Of a stretch of 63,693 bases of DNA, positions 31,656 to 41,831 are shown one piece after another. The DNA is from Thermodesulfovibrionales bacterium (GTDB lineage Bacteria > Nitrospirota > Thermodesulfovibrionia > Thermodesulfovibrionales > UBA6898). The stretch's first letter is position 1; each line of letters opens with the position of its first letter. The stretch is from assembly GCA_044450345.1 (NCBI GenBank), contig JBIOIY010000009.1, forward strand, positions 1 to 63,693, written 5' to 3'. Under the pieces are notes generated by a model, which was not told where the DNA came from, did no database searches, and saw only the letters and a program-made list of their open reading frames with translations. The position numbers and the translations under genes were made by a program.

Positions 31656-32627
31656 TCACTCTCTCCCTTGTGCAAGTTTGAGTTGTCGAACTCCATATGC
31701 CGCGCTGCCCCATAGTCCGCTGTTTTCGTTTGTAATCAGGAATACGGGTATCTTTTCGAGCAGACCGGCGAGCGTGTCCGAACTCCGGAATTCGGTCTCG
31801 AATGCCTTATGGGTGACCAATTCCGGACTTTTGGCGGCCACTCCCCCCGCGATATAAACACCCCCGGAAGAAAGGGTCTCGACGGCGAAGTTCCGGCAGG
31901 CCCTTCCATAAAACCTGGCGGCCCATTCGAGTGTCTCAGGCCGTTGGGAAAATCTCTCCGTGACTTCAGCCGGGGCCAGTTTCTCGCCAGAGAGAAAGCG
32001 ATGGACGTAGCTCAGCCCCATCCCCGACACCACCGTATTACCGGTAATATACCGTTCGCCGCGCTCCTTGAGGAGGAACTCCTGAAATTCATATTCCCGC
32101 TTCGACACAAAGGGAAAATTTGTATGGCCTGCCTCGGACGGAACTGCCAAATAGTCGCCTCTGCCGTCGGGGACAAGCGCGGCGTGTCCCAGGCCTGTGC
32201 CTGCCCCGATGACGGCCTTCACCGTGTCCCTTTCCGATTCCCCCGGAAGGATCTTCACGGCGGACCTGCCGGCTTCCGTAAGGCAGGAGAATGCCTGGGC
32301 GATAAAGTCGTTGATCAGGACGTATTCTCTGAAGCCGAAATCTTTCCCCGAGGAGGAAAGATCGACTTCCCACGGTATTAAAGGAGGCGAACTTCTTACG
32401 CTCTGTTCGACGGGTCCTGCGATGCCGATGACGACGATGTCCGCATCCTCGGGTTTGAGGAGCATTCCGGCCGATCGCAGATTGTCCATCAGCTGTGCAA
32501 AAGAAGCTGCATCAGCGGTATTCAGCCATTTGATTTCGAGAAGTGTGAGGTTCCACATTTTGTCCGTGCTGAAATGCGCGAAGCGGCTGTGGGTGCCGCC
32601 TATGTCCGCCGCGAGGATGTTTTTCAT
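31656..32627 (-). CDS. glk: Glucokinase
   Basis: ADIGGTHSRF, LINDF, GAGTGLG, SEAGH, GGVYIAGG. Confidence 0.93.
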   Translation of the reverse strand: MKNILAADIGGTHSRFAHFSTDKMWNLTLLEIKWLNTADAASFAQLMDNLRSAGMLLKPEDADIVVIGIAGPVEQSVRSSPPLIPWEVDLSSSGKDFGFREYVLINDFIAQAFSCLTEAGRSAVKILPGESERDTVKAVIGAGTGLGHAALVPDGRGDYLAVPSEAGHTNFPFVSKREYEFQEFLLKERGERYITGNTVVSGMGLSYVHRFLSGEKLAPAEVTERFSQRPETLEWAARFYGRACRNFAVETLSSGGVYIAGGVAAKSPELVTHKAFETEFRSSDTLAGLLEKIPVFLITNENSGLWGSAAYGVRQLKLAQGRE

Positions 32628-32650
32628 GTTACATCATGCTCGGTGATCGT

Positions 32651-32696
32651 CTGTAGGGGCAATTCATGAATTGCCCCTACAGCACGAATTGCCCCT
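32651..32696. repeat. GTAG-type REP: 32-bp perfect palindrome plus a partial extra arm
   Basis: CTGTAGGGGCAATTCA-TGAATTGCCCCTACAG followed by GAATTGCCCCT. Confidence 0.8.
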
Positions 32697-32699
32697 TCT

Positions 32700-33812
32700 T
32701 TATGAATGGTTGTGTATGTATCCCTCGATGAGGATATCTTCGCCGATCCTTTTTACGGCAATGTTATTAACCCGATATGCCTCTTCGAGTCTCCGGAATG
32801 ACCTGCCCCCGACGGCCGGGAATGAGTTTTTTCCGCCGATGATCTTCGGTGCAATAAAGAACATTACCTTGTCGACTACCCCGCTTTCGAGGCAGTACGC
32901 ATTAAGCGAAGAGCCCCCCTCGACCAGGACCGAGATAATGCTCATTCCGCCAAGCCGTTTCATGAGCCACTTCATGTCGACTTTCTCCCCCCCGTACTCT
33001 ATGATATGTGCTCCCCTGCTGAGCAATACCCTCTTTTTTTCGCGAATTGCAGTCCCCACGCCGCCCGTCTCTTCCGTCCTTCTCATGGCTATAATCGTCT
33101 CGGGGGGGATGCACAACACATTCGAGTCGGGCCTGATCTCAAGGGAGGGGTCTATGATGACACGGGCGGGGTCCCGGTCGTCACCTGTTCTGCAGGTGAG
33201 GCGGGGATTGTCGGCCTTTATTGTGCCGATTGCGGTCAGTATCGCATCGACAGAGCCCCGGAGGTCGTGCACTGCCGTCCTCGCCTTTTCGCCCGTGATC
33301 CATTTTGATTCGCCTTCAGGGGTCGCTATCTTTCCGTCCAGTGTCATGGCGACCTTCAGGACGACAAAGGGCATCCCGGTTGTTATATATCTAATGTAGA
33401 ACTCATTGAGTATCGCCGCCTTCTCGCCGAGTACTCCCGAGACAACCTTGATCCCCGCCGTTTGGAGTTCTGCTGCCCCTTTTCCGGATACCCTTGGATT
33501 GGGGTCATTCATGGCGATGACGACCTTTTTTATTCCTGACGAGATTATATTCCGGGTACATGGGGGGGTCCTTTTTTCCTTGTGGCAGCAGGGTTCGAGG
33601 CTCACGTAAAGAGTTGCGCCCCTCGCCCTTTCCCCGGCCTCTTCTATAACGATCGCCTCAGCGTGGGGGGTCCCCGCCTTTTTGTGGTATCCTTCGGCAA
33701 TTACCTTGCCGTTTTTCACGAGCACTGCTCCCACCATCGGGTTAGGGCTTGTCATTCCCCTTGCGCGGGCAGCGAGGGCAAGCGCCTTTTTCATATAAAA
33801 TTCGTCTGTCAT
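32700..33812 (-). CDS. ribD: Riboflavin biosynthesis deaminase/reductase
   Basis: PNPMVGAV, HAE, LEPCCH..TPPC, TLDGKIA, VEGG. Confidence 0.96.
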   Translation of the reverse strand: MTDEFYMKKALALAARARGMTSPNPMVGAVLVKNGKVIAEGYHKKAGTPHAEAIVIEEAGERARGATLYVSLEPCCHKEKRTPPCTRNIISSGIKKVVIAMNDPNPRVSGKGAAELQTAGIKVVSGVLGEKAAILNEFYIRYITTGMPFVVLKVAMTLDGKIATPEGESKWITGEKARTAVHDLRGSVDAILTAIGTIKADNPRLTCRTGDDRDPARVIIDPSLEIRPDSNVLCIPPETIIAMRRTEETGGVGTAIREKKRVLLSRGAHIIEYGGEKVDMKWLMKRLGGMSIISVLVEGGSSLNAYCLESGVVDKVMFFIAPKIIGGKNSFPAVGGRSFRRLEEAYRVNNIAVKRIGEDILIEGYIHNHS

Positions 33813-33928
33813 CGCGTTAAAGGATACCATAAAATGCTTTACATGTAATAGATTTATCACTAAAATCTAATTACTGCGGTCTATTAGGCAGCCGGAGAAT
33901 CTGTGATATAATTTCAGAAGGAGGCGGG

Positions 33929-34312
33929 ATGAATATAGTCTTAGAGGCAGTGGCGGCCGTTGTCCTTATCGCTATAGCGGCATATCTTATCCCTTTATTA
34001 TTAGAGCTGAAGAGGACGGTCGTTTCTCTGAGGAAGACGGCAGAGGAAGACCTCAAGCCAGCCCTTGAGGAACTCAATCTGGTGCTGAAGAGCGTCAGGA
34101 CGATAACCGACAATGTCGGTGAAGTCACTGAAGATGTGAAGCAGCTTTCCCATTCCGTCGGCGAGATGGGGAAGACGGTCGGTGCGGTGAATGCGATTAT
34201 CGGGAATGTTGGTGCGACGGCCGCTGTCAAGGCCTTAAGTGTGAAGGCCGGGACCAGGGCCGCGCTCGAATACCTGCTTGCTAATCTACTGAGAAAAGGA
34301 GAGAGGAAATGA
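33929..34312 (+). CDS. DUF948/YoxC-like membrane coiled-coil protein
   Basis: N-terminal TM plus heptad helix; typical partner of YtxH. Confidence 0.75.
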   Translation: MNIVLEAVAAVVLIAIAAYLIPLLLELKRTVVSLRKTAEEDLKPALEELNLVLKSVRTITDNVGEVTEDVKQLSHSVGEMGKTVGAVNAIIGNVGATAAVKALSVKAGTRAALEYLLANLLRKGERK

Positions 34313-34626
34313 AGGACGAGGGTTACAGTTCGGGTTCGATGCTGGTATCGTTTCTTTTGGGCGGGGTAGTCGGTGCGGGACTTGCGCTCCTTCTTGCGCC
34401 CCAGTCCGGTGACGAGACCAGGAAGAAGATCAGTGATTTTGCGGACGACGTAAAGGACAGGACAACGGACTATGTCGAAAAGACAAAGGGCAAGATCACG
34501 TCCTATGTAGACGAGGGCAAGGGACTTTACGAAGAGAAGAAGTCCATCGTGAAATCGGCGATCGAGGCCGGCAAAGAGGCATACGAGAAAGAGAAAGAAA
34601 GACTCGCCAAAGAGCGGAATGCATGA
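34309..34626 (+). CDS. YtxH-domain protein
   Basis: FLLGGVVGAGLALLLAPQSGDETR. Confidence 0.9.
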   Translation: MKDEGYSSGSMLVSFLLGGVVGAGLALLLAPQSGDETRKKISDFADDVKDRTTDYVEKTKGKITSYVDEGKGLYEEKKSIVKSAIEAGKEAYEKEKERLAKERNA

Positions 34627-34963
34627 GGCTTCTATAGCCGCAAGCCTGCTTGAAATAGTTTCAGGGCAGTGCAGGAAGAGCGGCTACAGCAGGATAGAAT
34701 CGATACATCTTAAGATCGGCAGGGCGTCGGGCATTATGACGGACGCCCTGATTTTTGCGTTCACCGCGATGAAAGAAGGCTCTCTGGCGGAAGAGGCGGT
34801 CCTGCAGATAGAAGAGATCCCGCTATCCGGTCATTGTGATGACTGCAAAAATACCTTTGCCACTAAACAGGAGTATATTTTAAGCTGTCCCTGCTGCGGA
34901 GGGAGTTCATTCCGCATGACTGCAGGACGCGAGATGGATGTAATAGATATGGAGGTTTCATGA
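34619..34963 (+). CDS. hypA: Hydrogenase nickel chaperone HypA
   Basis: MHE start, two CxxC motifs (CDDC, CPCC), GREM. Confidence 0.95.
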   Translation: MHEASIAASLLEIVSGQCRKSGYSRIESIHLKIGRASGIMTDALIFAFTAMKEGSLAEEAVLQIEEIPLSGHCDDCKNTFATKQEYILSCPCCGGSSFRMTAGREMDVIDMEVS

Positions 34964-35607
34964 AGGTAAAGGTCGCAACGAAGATCCTCGAGGCGAATGA
35001 CAGGATCGCGCTGGAAAACAGAAAGATATTCGACCGCGCAGGCCTGTTCGTGGTCAACCTCATGAGCGGCCCGGGCGCGGGGAAGACTTCGCTGCTGGAA
35101 AGAACACTGGCCGGCAGAAAAGACTTGAGGATAGGTGTCGTCGAAGGCGATATAGCCGGCAGCGATGATGCAGAGAGAATCGAGAAATTCGGGGCCCCGG
35201 TCGTACAGATCAACACTGGAGGCGCCTGCCATCTTGACGCGAACATGATATCGGATGTGCTGGCAGACCTGCCGCTGGATGAGATCGATGTCCTTTTTAT
35301 CGAAAATGTCGGCAACCTGGTCTGTCCTGCCGAGTTCAAGGTCGGCGAGGACATGAAGGTGATGCTCCTGAGCATTGCCGAAGGGCATGACAAGCCGCTT
35401 AAATATCCCCTTATGTTCCAGGAGTCTTCGGCGCTCATCCTCAACAAGATCGACCTCGTGCCCTATACGGATGTCGATATCGGCAAGATCAGAAAAGACG
35501 CCTTGTCCCTTAACCCCGGGCTGCAGATATTCGAGGTCTCATGCAGGACCGGAGAGGGCATCTCTGAATGGATCGACTGGCTCAGGAAACAGACGAAGAA
35601 GGGTTAG
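34960..35607 (+). CDS. hypB: Hydrogenase nickel incorporation GTPase HypB
   Basis: GPGAGKT, NTGGACHLDA, ENVGNLVCPA, DKPLKYP, NKIDL. Confidence 0.97.
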   Translation: MKVKVATKILEANDRIALENRKIFDRAGLFVVNLMSGPGAGKTSLLERTLAGRKDLRIGVVEGDIAGSDDAERIEKFGAPVVQINTGGACHLDANMISDVLADLPLDEIDVLFIENVGNLVCPAEFKVGEDMKVMLLSIAEGHDKPLKYPLMFQESSALILNKIDLVPYTDVDIGKIRKDALSLNPGLQIFEVSCRTGEGISEWIDWLRKQTKKG

Positions 35608-35776
35608 GAAATAGCGGGGGACACGCGTCCCGTTTAAAGTAAGGAAAACAAAGACGGCATGTCGACGGCCGATCTTGGGGAGCCCGTCAGCGATGAGGGG
35701 GAAAGCCTGCTTTCTTGACAAGTATTCTTGCCTTCGGATATCTTTTTACACGAATCAGGCTGATTGAGGAGAGCGT

Positions 35777-36541
35777 ATGGCCAAGGTTAAGATAGGCATT
35801 ATCGGCGGCTCGGGACTGGACGACCCCCGGCTGATGAAAGACATGAAAGAAAAGAAGGCAAAGACGCCCTATGGGAATCCGTCGTCTGCACTCACAATAG
35901 GGAAGATACATGGTGTCGATGCCGTCATACTTGCACGGCACGGCAAGGACCATTCCATTTATCCGACAGGTGTGAATTACCGGGCGAACATCCATGCGCT
36001 GAAAAGGGAGGGGTGCACCCACATCCTGGCTACTACGGCAGTGGGGTCCCTGAGGGAGAAGATAAGGCCGGGGGAACTTGTCTTCGTGGACCAGTTCATC
36101 GATTTTACCAGACATAGGCCGCTTACTTTTCATGATGAGAAGGTGGTTCATACGCCGATGGCCGAGCCCTTCTGCGGCCATCTCCGCACTTTGCTGACCG
36201 ACTCTGCAAGACAGCTCGGGTTCAGACATCATAAAAAGGGGACTGTCGTGACGATAGAGGGGCCGAGGTTTTCTACGAAGGCCGAGTCGTTCATGTTCAG
36301 GAAACTCGGTGCCGACGTGATCAATATGTCGACCGTTCCCGAGGTCGTGCTTGCGAGGGAGGCCGGGCTTTGTTACCAGACCATCGCGATGTCGACCGAT
36401 TATGACTGCTGGAAAGAAGGAGAGGAACCGGTGACGTGGGAGATGATACTCTCGATTATGAAAAAGAACGCGGAGAACGTCAAAGAGCTTATAGTAAAGA
36501 CGATCCCGAAGATAAAAAATACCGAATGCCCATGCAGATGA
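35777..36541 (+). CDS. mtnP: S-methyl-5'-thioadenosine phosphorylase
   Basis: [34 protein letters not shown]. Confidence 0.95.
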   Translation: MAKVKIGIIGGSGLDDPRLMKDMKEKKAKTPYGNPSSALTIGKIHGVDAVILARHGKDHSIYPTGVNYRANIHALKREGCTHILATTAVGSLREKIRPGELVFVDQFIDFTRHRPLTFHDEKVVHTPMAEPFCGHLRTLLTDSARQLGFRHHKKGTVVTIEGPRFSTKAESFMFRKLGADVINMSTVPEVVLAREAGLCYQTIAMSTDYDCWKEGEEPVTWEMILSIMKKNAENVKELIVKTIPKIKNTECPCR

Positions 36542-36554
36542 CAGGAGGAAGGCG

Positions 36555-37088
36555 ATGCCGATCAAATCGAAGATAAGGACCATTCCCGACCACCCGAAGA
36601 AGGGGATCATGTTCAGGGACATCACGACGCTCATTAAAGACCCCGTGGGATTCAGGCTCGTGATCGACGAGCTGACCCAGAGGTATATAACGGGAGATAT
36701 ACATTTTGATACGATTGTCGGCATAGAATCGAGGGGGTTTATCATCGGGGGGGCGCTCTCCTATACACTGGGGAAAGGATTTGTCCCCGTCAGGAAGGCG
36801 GGCAAGCTTCCGGCGGAAAAAATAACCCACGAATACGAACTCGAATACGGGACCGACAAGATCGAGATCCACAAGGACGCGATCCGGGAAGGGATGAAAG
36901 TACTCCTCATCGACGACCTCCTCGCAACAGGCGGAACGGCCCTGGCTGCTGCAGCCCTGATCGAGAAACTCGGCGGAGTGGTCTCGGAGATGGCCTTTAT
37001 CGTCAACCTTCCCGACGTGGGCGGAGAAAAAAGGCTCAAAGAAAAAGGGTATAAGGTCTTTGCCTTGACTGAGTTCGAAGGGGATTGA
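36555..37088 (+). CDS. apt: Adenine phosphoribosyltransferase
   Basis: FRDIT, ESRGF, RKAGKLP, LEYG, IDDLLATGGT. Confidence 0.97.
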   Translation: MPIKSKIRTIPDHPKKGIMFRDITTLIKDPVGFRLVIDELTQRYITGDIHFDTIVGIESRGFIIGGALSYTLGKGFVPVRKAGKLPAEKITHEYELEYGTDKIEIHKDAIREGMKVLLIDDLLATGGTALAAAALIEKLGGVVSEMAFIVNLPDVGGEKRLKEKGYKVFALTEFEGD

Positions 37089-37250
37089 CCATCCCTTGGT
37101 CTGTTGGACAGTCCTGACGATTTCCGGAGGCGTCGTTTGAGCGAAAAGCTATTTCCCAAAAAAGGGAGAAATATTTCTCAAAAGAGGATGAAAAATCTTT
37201 GATTTCCATGATGCTGGCCGGAACGATTTGATTTTAGTGCTTATTTAAGA

Positions 37251-37266
37251 TGGCACGCATCTTGTA
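37251..37266 (+). promoter_or_regulatory. Putative sigma-54 promoter
   Basis: TGGCAC-GCATC-TTGTA versus consensus TGGCAC-N5-TTGCW (one mismatch), ~57 nt before the ATG. Confidence 0.6.
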
Positions 37267-37322
37267 TATTGGGGAAATTAATAGAAGTATAAACCAATCT
37301 ATTAGGGAAGGTGGTGATATCA

Positions 37323-37676
37323 ATGAAGAAGTTTATCGCGATGATCGTTGCAGTTCTTTTCGTATTTGCTATTTCAGCAGTTTCGTTCGCTGCTGATACA
37401 ACAGCTCCGGCGGCAGCCGACAAGAAGGCAGCTGACAAGGCAGTCTCTACCGACAAGAAGGCAGCTGACGACCAGGCAGCTACTGACAAGATGACTGCAG
37501 CTGAGAAGAAGGCAGCCAAGAAGAAGGCAGCAGCTGATAAGAAGGCAGCCAAGAAGAAGGCAGCAGCTGATAAGAAGGCAGCCAAGAAGGCAGCAGCTGA
37601 GGAGAAGGCGGCAGCCAAGAAGAAGGCGGCTGAAGACAAGGCAGCTGGCGAAAAGAAAGCCGACGAAAAGAAGTAA
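37323..37676 (+). CDS. Exported Lys/Ala-rich low-complexity protein (Asr-like architecture)
   Basis: Signal peptide MKKFIAMIVAVLFVFAISAVSFA then KKAA repeats; own promoter and terminator. Confidence 0.85.
   Translation: MKKFIAMIVAVLFVFAISAVSFAADTTAPAAADKKAADKAVSTDKKAADDQAATDKMTAAEKKAAKKKAAADKKAAKKKAAADKKAAKKAAAEEKAAAKKKAAEDKAAGEKKADEKK
37506..37601 (+). repeat. 33-bp coding tandem repeat (KKAAKKKAAAD): two exact copies plus one shortened
   Basis: AAGAAGGCAGCCAAGAAGAAGGCAGCAGCTGAT at 37506 and 37539; the third copy lacks one Lys codon. Confidence 0.9.
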
Positions 37677-37697
37677 GATAAGTGATCGTCTTACCAT

Positions 37698-37728
37698 AAA
37701 AGGCAGGGGTTTTACCCCTGCCTTTTTT
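37698..37728. terminator. Bidirectional Rho-independent terminator
   Basis: AAAAGGCAGGGGT-TTT-ACCCCTGCCTTTTTT between convergent genes. Confidence 0.88.
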
Positions 37729-40090
37729 ATGTCATCGTTACTACGGTCACCCCATTGCCCCCCTCCGACTGTTCCCCCTTACGGAATTTCTTTACCAGCG
37801 GATGTCCTTCAAGATGTTCCCTTACCGCGCGCGACAGAGCTCCCGTCCCCAACCCATGTATTACGGTCACCTCTGAAAGACCCGCCAGCGACGCATGATT
37901 GAGGAACGGCTCAAGCTTAGAGAGGGCCTCTTCGACCCGCATGCCTATCAGCGTAATTTTGGTTGAAACGGATTCATCGCCGCTGTCTGTCATTACCTGG
38001 AGAGCATCTTTGCCTATCGGTTTCCCTCGCCTCAAGCCGACATCGGTCATGGGTATCTCTATCTCCTTATCGCCCGCCGCAACCCTTATGCGCTGATATC
38101 TGCTGATGATCTTCAGCACCGATGCGTCATAGCCGAGGGACCTCACAAAGACAGTGTCGCCCTCTTTGATATCATCTATCGCAGGCGAGCCCCTGTCAGC
38201 TGTATCATATTCCCTGAGTTTTTGAGATATCTGCTTTTGCCTTTCGCCGACTTCCCTGAGTATGCCCCGGCTTTTCGCCTTCTCCCCTTTCTTCATCTCT
38301 TCCATGAGAGCATGCATCTGCCTCTTCACCCCGTAGACGATTTCAGATGCCTCGGTGTAGGCCTTTTCGATCGACTCCTTTCTTAGTGCTTCCGCCTCGG
38401 AAAGTCTTTGTTCGGTCAACCTCTTTTCTTCGGCCAGGTCGGCCTTCTGCCTTTCGAGTTCCGCAATCCCGGTTTCATAATCCGTTCTCTTCCGGGTAAG
38501 GTCGGCGATCAGTGCATCGAACTCGACCTTGACGCCTCCCAGCATCGCCTTTGCGGAAGCTATAATACTTTCGGGGAGTCCGTATCTCTTTGCGGTCTCG
38601 AGTGCATGTGACTGTCCTGGCTCGCCTATGCGAAGCCTGTACGTGGGGCTGAGAGATTTTGGATCGAATTCCATGGACGCATTCAGCATGCCTCCTGTCC
38701 TATGGACGTAGCCCTTTATGTCGGACAGATGGGTTGTTGCAAAGACGAGCGCCCGGCTTTCCCTCAGTTCCTTCAGCACTGCGCACGCGAGGGCGCCCCC
38801 CTCGTCAGGGTCGGTGCCGGTGCCGAGCTCGTCGATGAGGACGAGAGACAGCGGGTCTGCGGTCTTCAGTATCTTCGAAATGTTGGCCACATGTGCAGAA
38901 AATGTTGACAGGCTGTTTTCTATAGACTGCTCGTCGCCTATGTCTACCAGCAGCCGATGCACGAGCGGAAAGGCAGATGAGGAGGACGCAGGCACCGGCA
39001 TCCCCGAAAGCGCCATGACGACCAGGAGGCCGATCGTCTTTATTGCGATGGTCTTGCCTCCTGCGTTCGATCCGGTTATTACCATCACCGTGGTATCGCC
39101 CCCAAGACCGACATCGAGGGGGACCACCTCCCGCGGGCCGGCTGTCTTTCTCAGCGCGAGGAGGAGCAGGGGATGGCGCGCTCCCCGGAGGGTGATGCCG
39201 CCCGAAGCCAGGACCCGAGGGAGTTCCATCCGCAGTTTGTCGGCCAGGACGGAGATCGCATTCAGGAGGTCGAGATGAACGACGACCGAATATTCCGCGC
39301 TGATGCCCTCGGCCGATTCCCGGACCTTTGAGGAAATACTCCTCAGAATGCGTATCTCTTCCGCCTTCTGCTCGGCCACGAGGTTTTCGAGTTCGTTCGT
39401 GATCTGGATGACCGCGAGCGGTTCCATAAAGGCGGTCTCCCCCGATTTTGAAACGTCGTGCACAACCCCCGCGACCTGTCCTTTGGAATCCATCCTCACC
39501 GGTATGACCCACCTGCCGGACCTTTTCGTAACGAAATTGTCCTGGAGAAAGACAGCTATATGTTCGTCCCTCACCATCTCTTCCAGTTTTTTCGTGATAC
39601 GCGCCTCAAGTCTCCTTATCCTTTCTCTCAGGTCTGCGAGCAGCGCAGAGGCGCTGTCGAGGATATTCCCCTCTCTGTCGACAGACCTTTTGAGAAGACG
39701 AAGCAGGTCTGGAAAGCCTGTGAGTCCGGAGACAAGCTCTTCGAGAAACGGCAGCCCGCCGCTTTCGCGGATCTGCTCCGAGATGCCTTCGGATATTTCC
39801 AATACGGGAATAAAACCCGCAAGTTCAATGCCCTCGAGCACCGCCCCTTCCGGTCTGGCCTTGGCGATCAGAGATGATATGTCCGGGAAGTAAGACATCC
39901 TGAGAGGCGCACCTTCGTCGGACATCCTCATAATCTCCCGGACGAGGCCCTGTCTGGTGAGTATGTCCTGCATCTCCTCAAACGGGACGATTGCCCGCAC
40001 GGCTTTTCCTGACGCTTCACTGTGGGTGAACCCTGCGATCAGTTCGAGAAGTTTGCGGAATTCAAGGGAATCGAGAGAGGTCTTATCCAT
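37727..40090 (-). CDS. mutS2: Endonuclease MutS2
   Basis: ITGSNAGGKT, DIGDEQSI..SLSTFS, DELGTGTDP, C-terminal Smr IHGLGTGAL. Confidence 0.96.
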   Translation of the reverse strand: MDKTSLDSLEFRKLLELIAGFTHSEASGKAVRAIVPFEEMQDILTRQGLVREIMRMSDEGAPLRMSYFPDISSLIAKARPEGAVLEGIELAGFIPVLEISEGISEQIRESGGLPFLEELVSGLTGFPDLLRLLKRSVDREGNILDSASALLADLRERIRRLEARITKKLEEMVRDEHIAVFLQDNFVTKRSGRWVIPVRMDSKGQVAGVVHDVSKSGETAFMEPLAVIQITNELENLVAEQKAEEIRILRSISSKVRESAEGISAEYSVVVHLDLLNAISVLADKLRMELPRVLASGGITLRGARHPLLLLALRKTAGPREVVPLDVGLGGDTTVMVITGSNAGGKTIAIKTIGLLVVMALSGMPVPASSSSAFPLVHRLLVDIGDEQSIENSLSTFSAHVANISKILKTADPLSLVLIDELGTGTDPDEGGALACAVLKELRESRALVFATTHLSDIKGYVHRTGGMLNASMEFDPKSLSPTYRLRIGEPGQSHALETAKRYGLPESIIASAKAMLGGVKVEFDALIADLTRKRTDYETGIAELERQKADLAEEKRLTEQRLSEAEALRKESIEKAYTEASEIVYGVKRQMHALMEEMKKGEKAKSRGILREVGERQKQISQKLREYDTADRGSPAIDDIKEGDTVFVRSLGYDASVLKIISRYQRIRVAAGDKEIEIPMTDVGLRRGKPIGKDALQVMTDSGDESVSTKITLIGMRVEEALSKLEPFLNHASLAGLSEVTVIHGLGTGALSRAVREHLEGHPLVKKFRKGEQSEGGNGVTVVTMT

Positions 40091-40130
40091 GTGCTTATTC
40101 AGTCGGGGCGTGCATGTTATACATCTGTTA

Positions 40131-40514
40131 TTATGCCCTGCCCCTGATCTCTCTTATCCTTCTGATAAGCGATATCCAGAGGTACGCGCCTCCGAGGATC
40201 ATCGCGAAGGCAGAGAGATGTTTGGCCATCAATCCCGGCAGATGGTCTTTGGCACGCGCATCGGCGAACTCGAAAGCCGAGAAGGTGAGGATCCTGGGCA
40301 CTGCGCCGGCTGCCAGCCATATAAGCGAGAATGTGACAATCTTCGAAATGCCGGCATATAGTGAAAACATGAATGATCTGATCTCGGGGCTTGAGGTATT
40401 CCCGAGCCGTCTGAGTATGACCCACATAATAACACCGCTTGCCATAAGCATCGTCGTAACGATGTCGTGGCAGTAATTGTTTAACGCGAGTAACGCGGCT
40501 AAGACCGGGTCCAT
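40131..40514 (-). CDS. Hypothetical membrane protein
   Basis: Three hydrophobic helices, AGGAAG RBS region, co-oriented with mutS2. Confidence 0.65.
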   Translation of the reverse strand: MDPVLAALLALNNYCHDIVTTMLMASGVIMWVILRRLGNTSSPEIRSFMFSLYAGISKIVTFSLIWLAAGAVPRILTFSAFEFADARAKDHLPGLMAKHLSAFAMILGGAYLWISLIRRIREIRGRA

Positions 40515-40599
40515 GGTTTCGTCGAATCAGACTTTCTTCCTGAACATACAGCACATTTTATCCCAGTCCTGCGATGCGGGTCAAGAAAGCCTTGTCTTG

Positions 40600-40619
40600 G
40601 GTAGTGTCTAGACACTACC
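40600..40619. repeat. Perfect 20-bp palindrome
   Basis: GGTAGTGTCT-AGACACTACC. Confidence 0.7.
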
Positions 40620-40742
40620 TTAGTCTTTACCGAAATGCGAATCGAGGTCTGCAAGCGTAAGATATAGAATAACAATAAAAATTACTTATTAGCCTATAGA
40701 TAAATATTTAGATAACCTCTTATTTTTAAATACAATAAAGTC

Positions 40743-40771
40743 TTGACAAACTTTTGGCCCTATGCTAATCT
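40743..40771 (+). promoter_or_regulatory. Sigma-70 promoter of the atp operon
   Basis: TTGACA-17 nt-TAATCT with TG extension and an AT-rich upstream tract. Confidence 0.75.
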
Positions 40772-40815
40772 TCGTGAGTTTCAAGGCAAAAAATCTCGAT
40801 ATAAAGAGGGATAAG

Positions 40816-41238
40816 ATGCTTGACATACACATTAACTGGCTTTTAATTTTGGCTGCAAATTTTATAGTCCTCATGTTTGTCCTCAATATCATCCTTTATA
40901 AACCGCTTCTGAAGATATTCAATGAGAGAGAAGCCTCGACCAAGGGGTTCCTCGATGCCGCAAAGGACATGAATGCCGGCAAAGAGGCTGGCATTGAAAA
41001 GATGAACAGGGAGATCGCAGAGGCAAGGAAGAAGGCAAAAGGGGTATTCGAGAACATGAGGAATGAAGGCCTCAGCGCGCAGAAGAAGGCCCTTTCCGAA
41101 GCAGAGGCAGCGGCAGCCGGCCTGCTCCAGAAGGCGAGGGAGGAACTGAAGGCCGAGGTCGCAAAGGCAACACAGGCGCTCAGAGGAGACGTAGAGAAAT
41201 TCTCCGACGAGATCGTCAGGAAGTTGGTAAAGGCATAA
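40816..41238 (+). CDS. ATP synthase F0 subunit b'
   Basis: ANFIVLMFVLNIILYKPL..ER TM plus coiled coil; first of two b-type genes. Confidence 0.9.
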   Translation: MLDIHINWLLILAANFIVLMFVLNIILYKPLLKIFNEREASTKGFLDAAKDMNAGKEAGIEKMNREIAEARKKAKGVFENMRNEGLSAQKKALSEAEAAAAGLLQKAREELKAEVAKATQALRGDVEKFSDEIVRKLVKA

Positions 41239-41831
41239 TGAAAAAAGTTCAGAGCCCAACGGTCTTTAATTACATGCTTTTTACTATTTACTTCTTGCTT
41301 CTCACTTCTGCTGCGGTGTTCGCGAATGAAGGCGGAGAAGCTGAGCCCTCGCTCTTCAAGGCCTATCTCTGGCCTGTCATTAATTTCATAATCCTCATAG
41401 TCCTTTTGACGTATGCGATGAAGAAGGCGGACATCAAGGGATTTTTCAGGAAGAGGACGGAGCTTATCGAACAGAGTCTGAAGGAGGCTAAGGAAGCGAA
41501 GGAACTGGCGCAGAAGGCCCTTGCCGAGGTCGAAGACAGGCTCAAGATGATAGACAAGGAGGTGGAGGAGATCATCGCCTCCGCGAAACTGTCCGGGGAA
41601 AAGGAGAAGGGCAGACTTGTCGGAGAGGGCGACAAACTGAAGGAAAAGATCCTGGAGCAGGCAAAGACGAACATAGATTTCGAGGTGAAGCAGGCGAAGG
41701 CGACGATAAAGAAAGAGGCCGTCGAGATCGCGATGGAACTCGCTGAAAAGAAACTGAAAGAAAAGCTGACGAAAGAAGAACAGCTGAAGTTGCTTGAAGA
41801 ATCCGTTGCAAAGATCGAGGGGAAAAATTGA
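41238..41831 (+). CDS. atpF: ATP synthase F0 subunit b
   Basis: INFIILIVLL TM plus coiled coil, N-terminal extension. Confidence 0.9.
   Translation: MKKVQSPTVFNYMLFTIYFLLLTSAAVFANEGGEAEPSLFKAYLWPVINFIILIVLLTYAMKKADIKGFFRKRTELIEQSLKEAKEAKELAQKALAEVEDRLKMIDKEVEEIIASAKLSGEKEKGRLVGEGDKLKEKILEQAKTNIDFEVKQAKATIKKEAVEIAMELAEKKLKEKLTKEEQLKLLEESVAKIEGKN

Noticed and set aside
37420..37640. Possible CRISPR array
   Set aside because: Repeats are contiguous, in-frame and have no unique spacers; no cas genes
37241..37697. Minus-strand repetitive ORFs (AAFFLAA.., CLLLGCLL..)
   Set aside because: Antisense translations of the KKAA repeat gene
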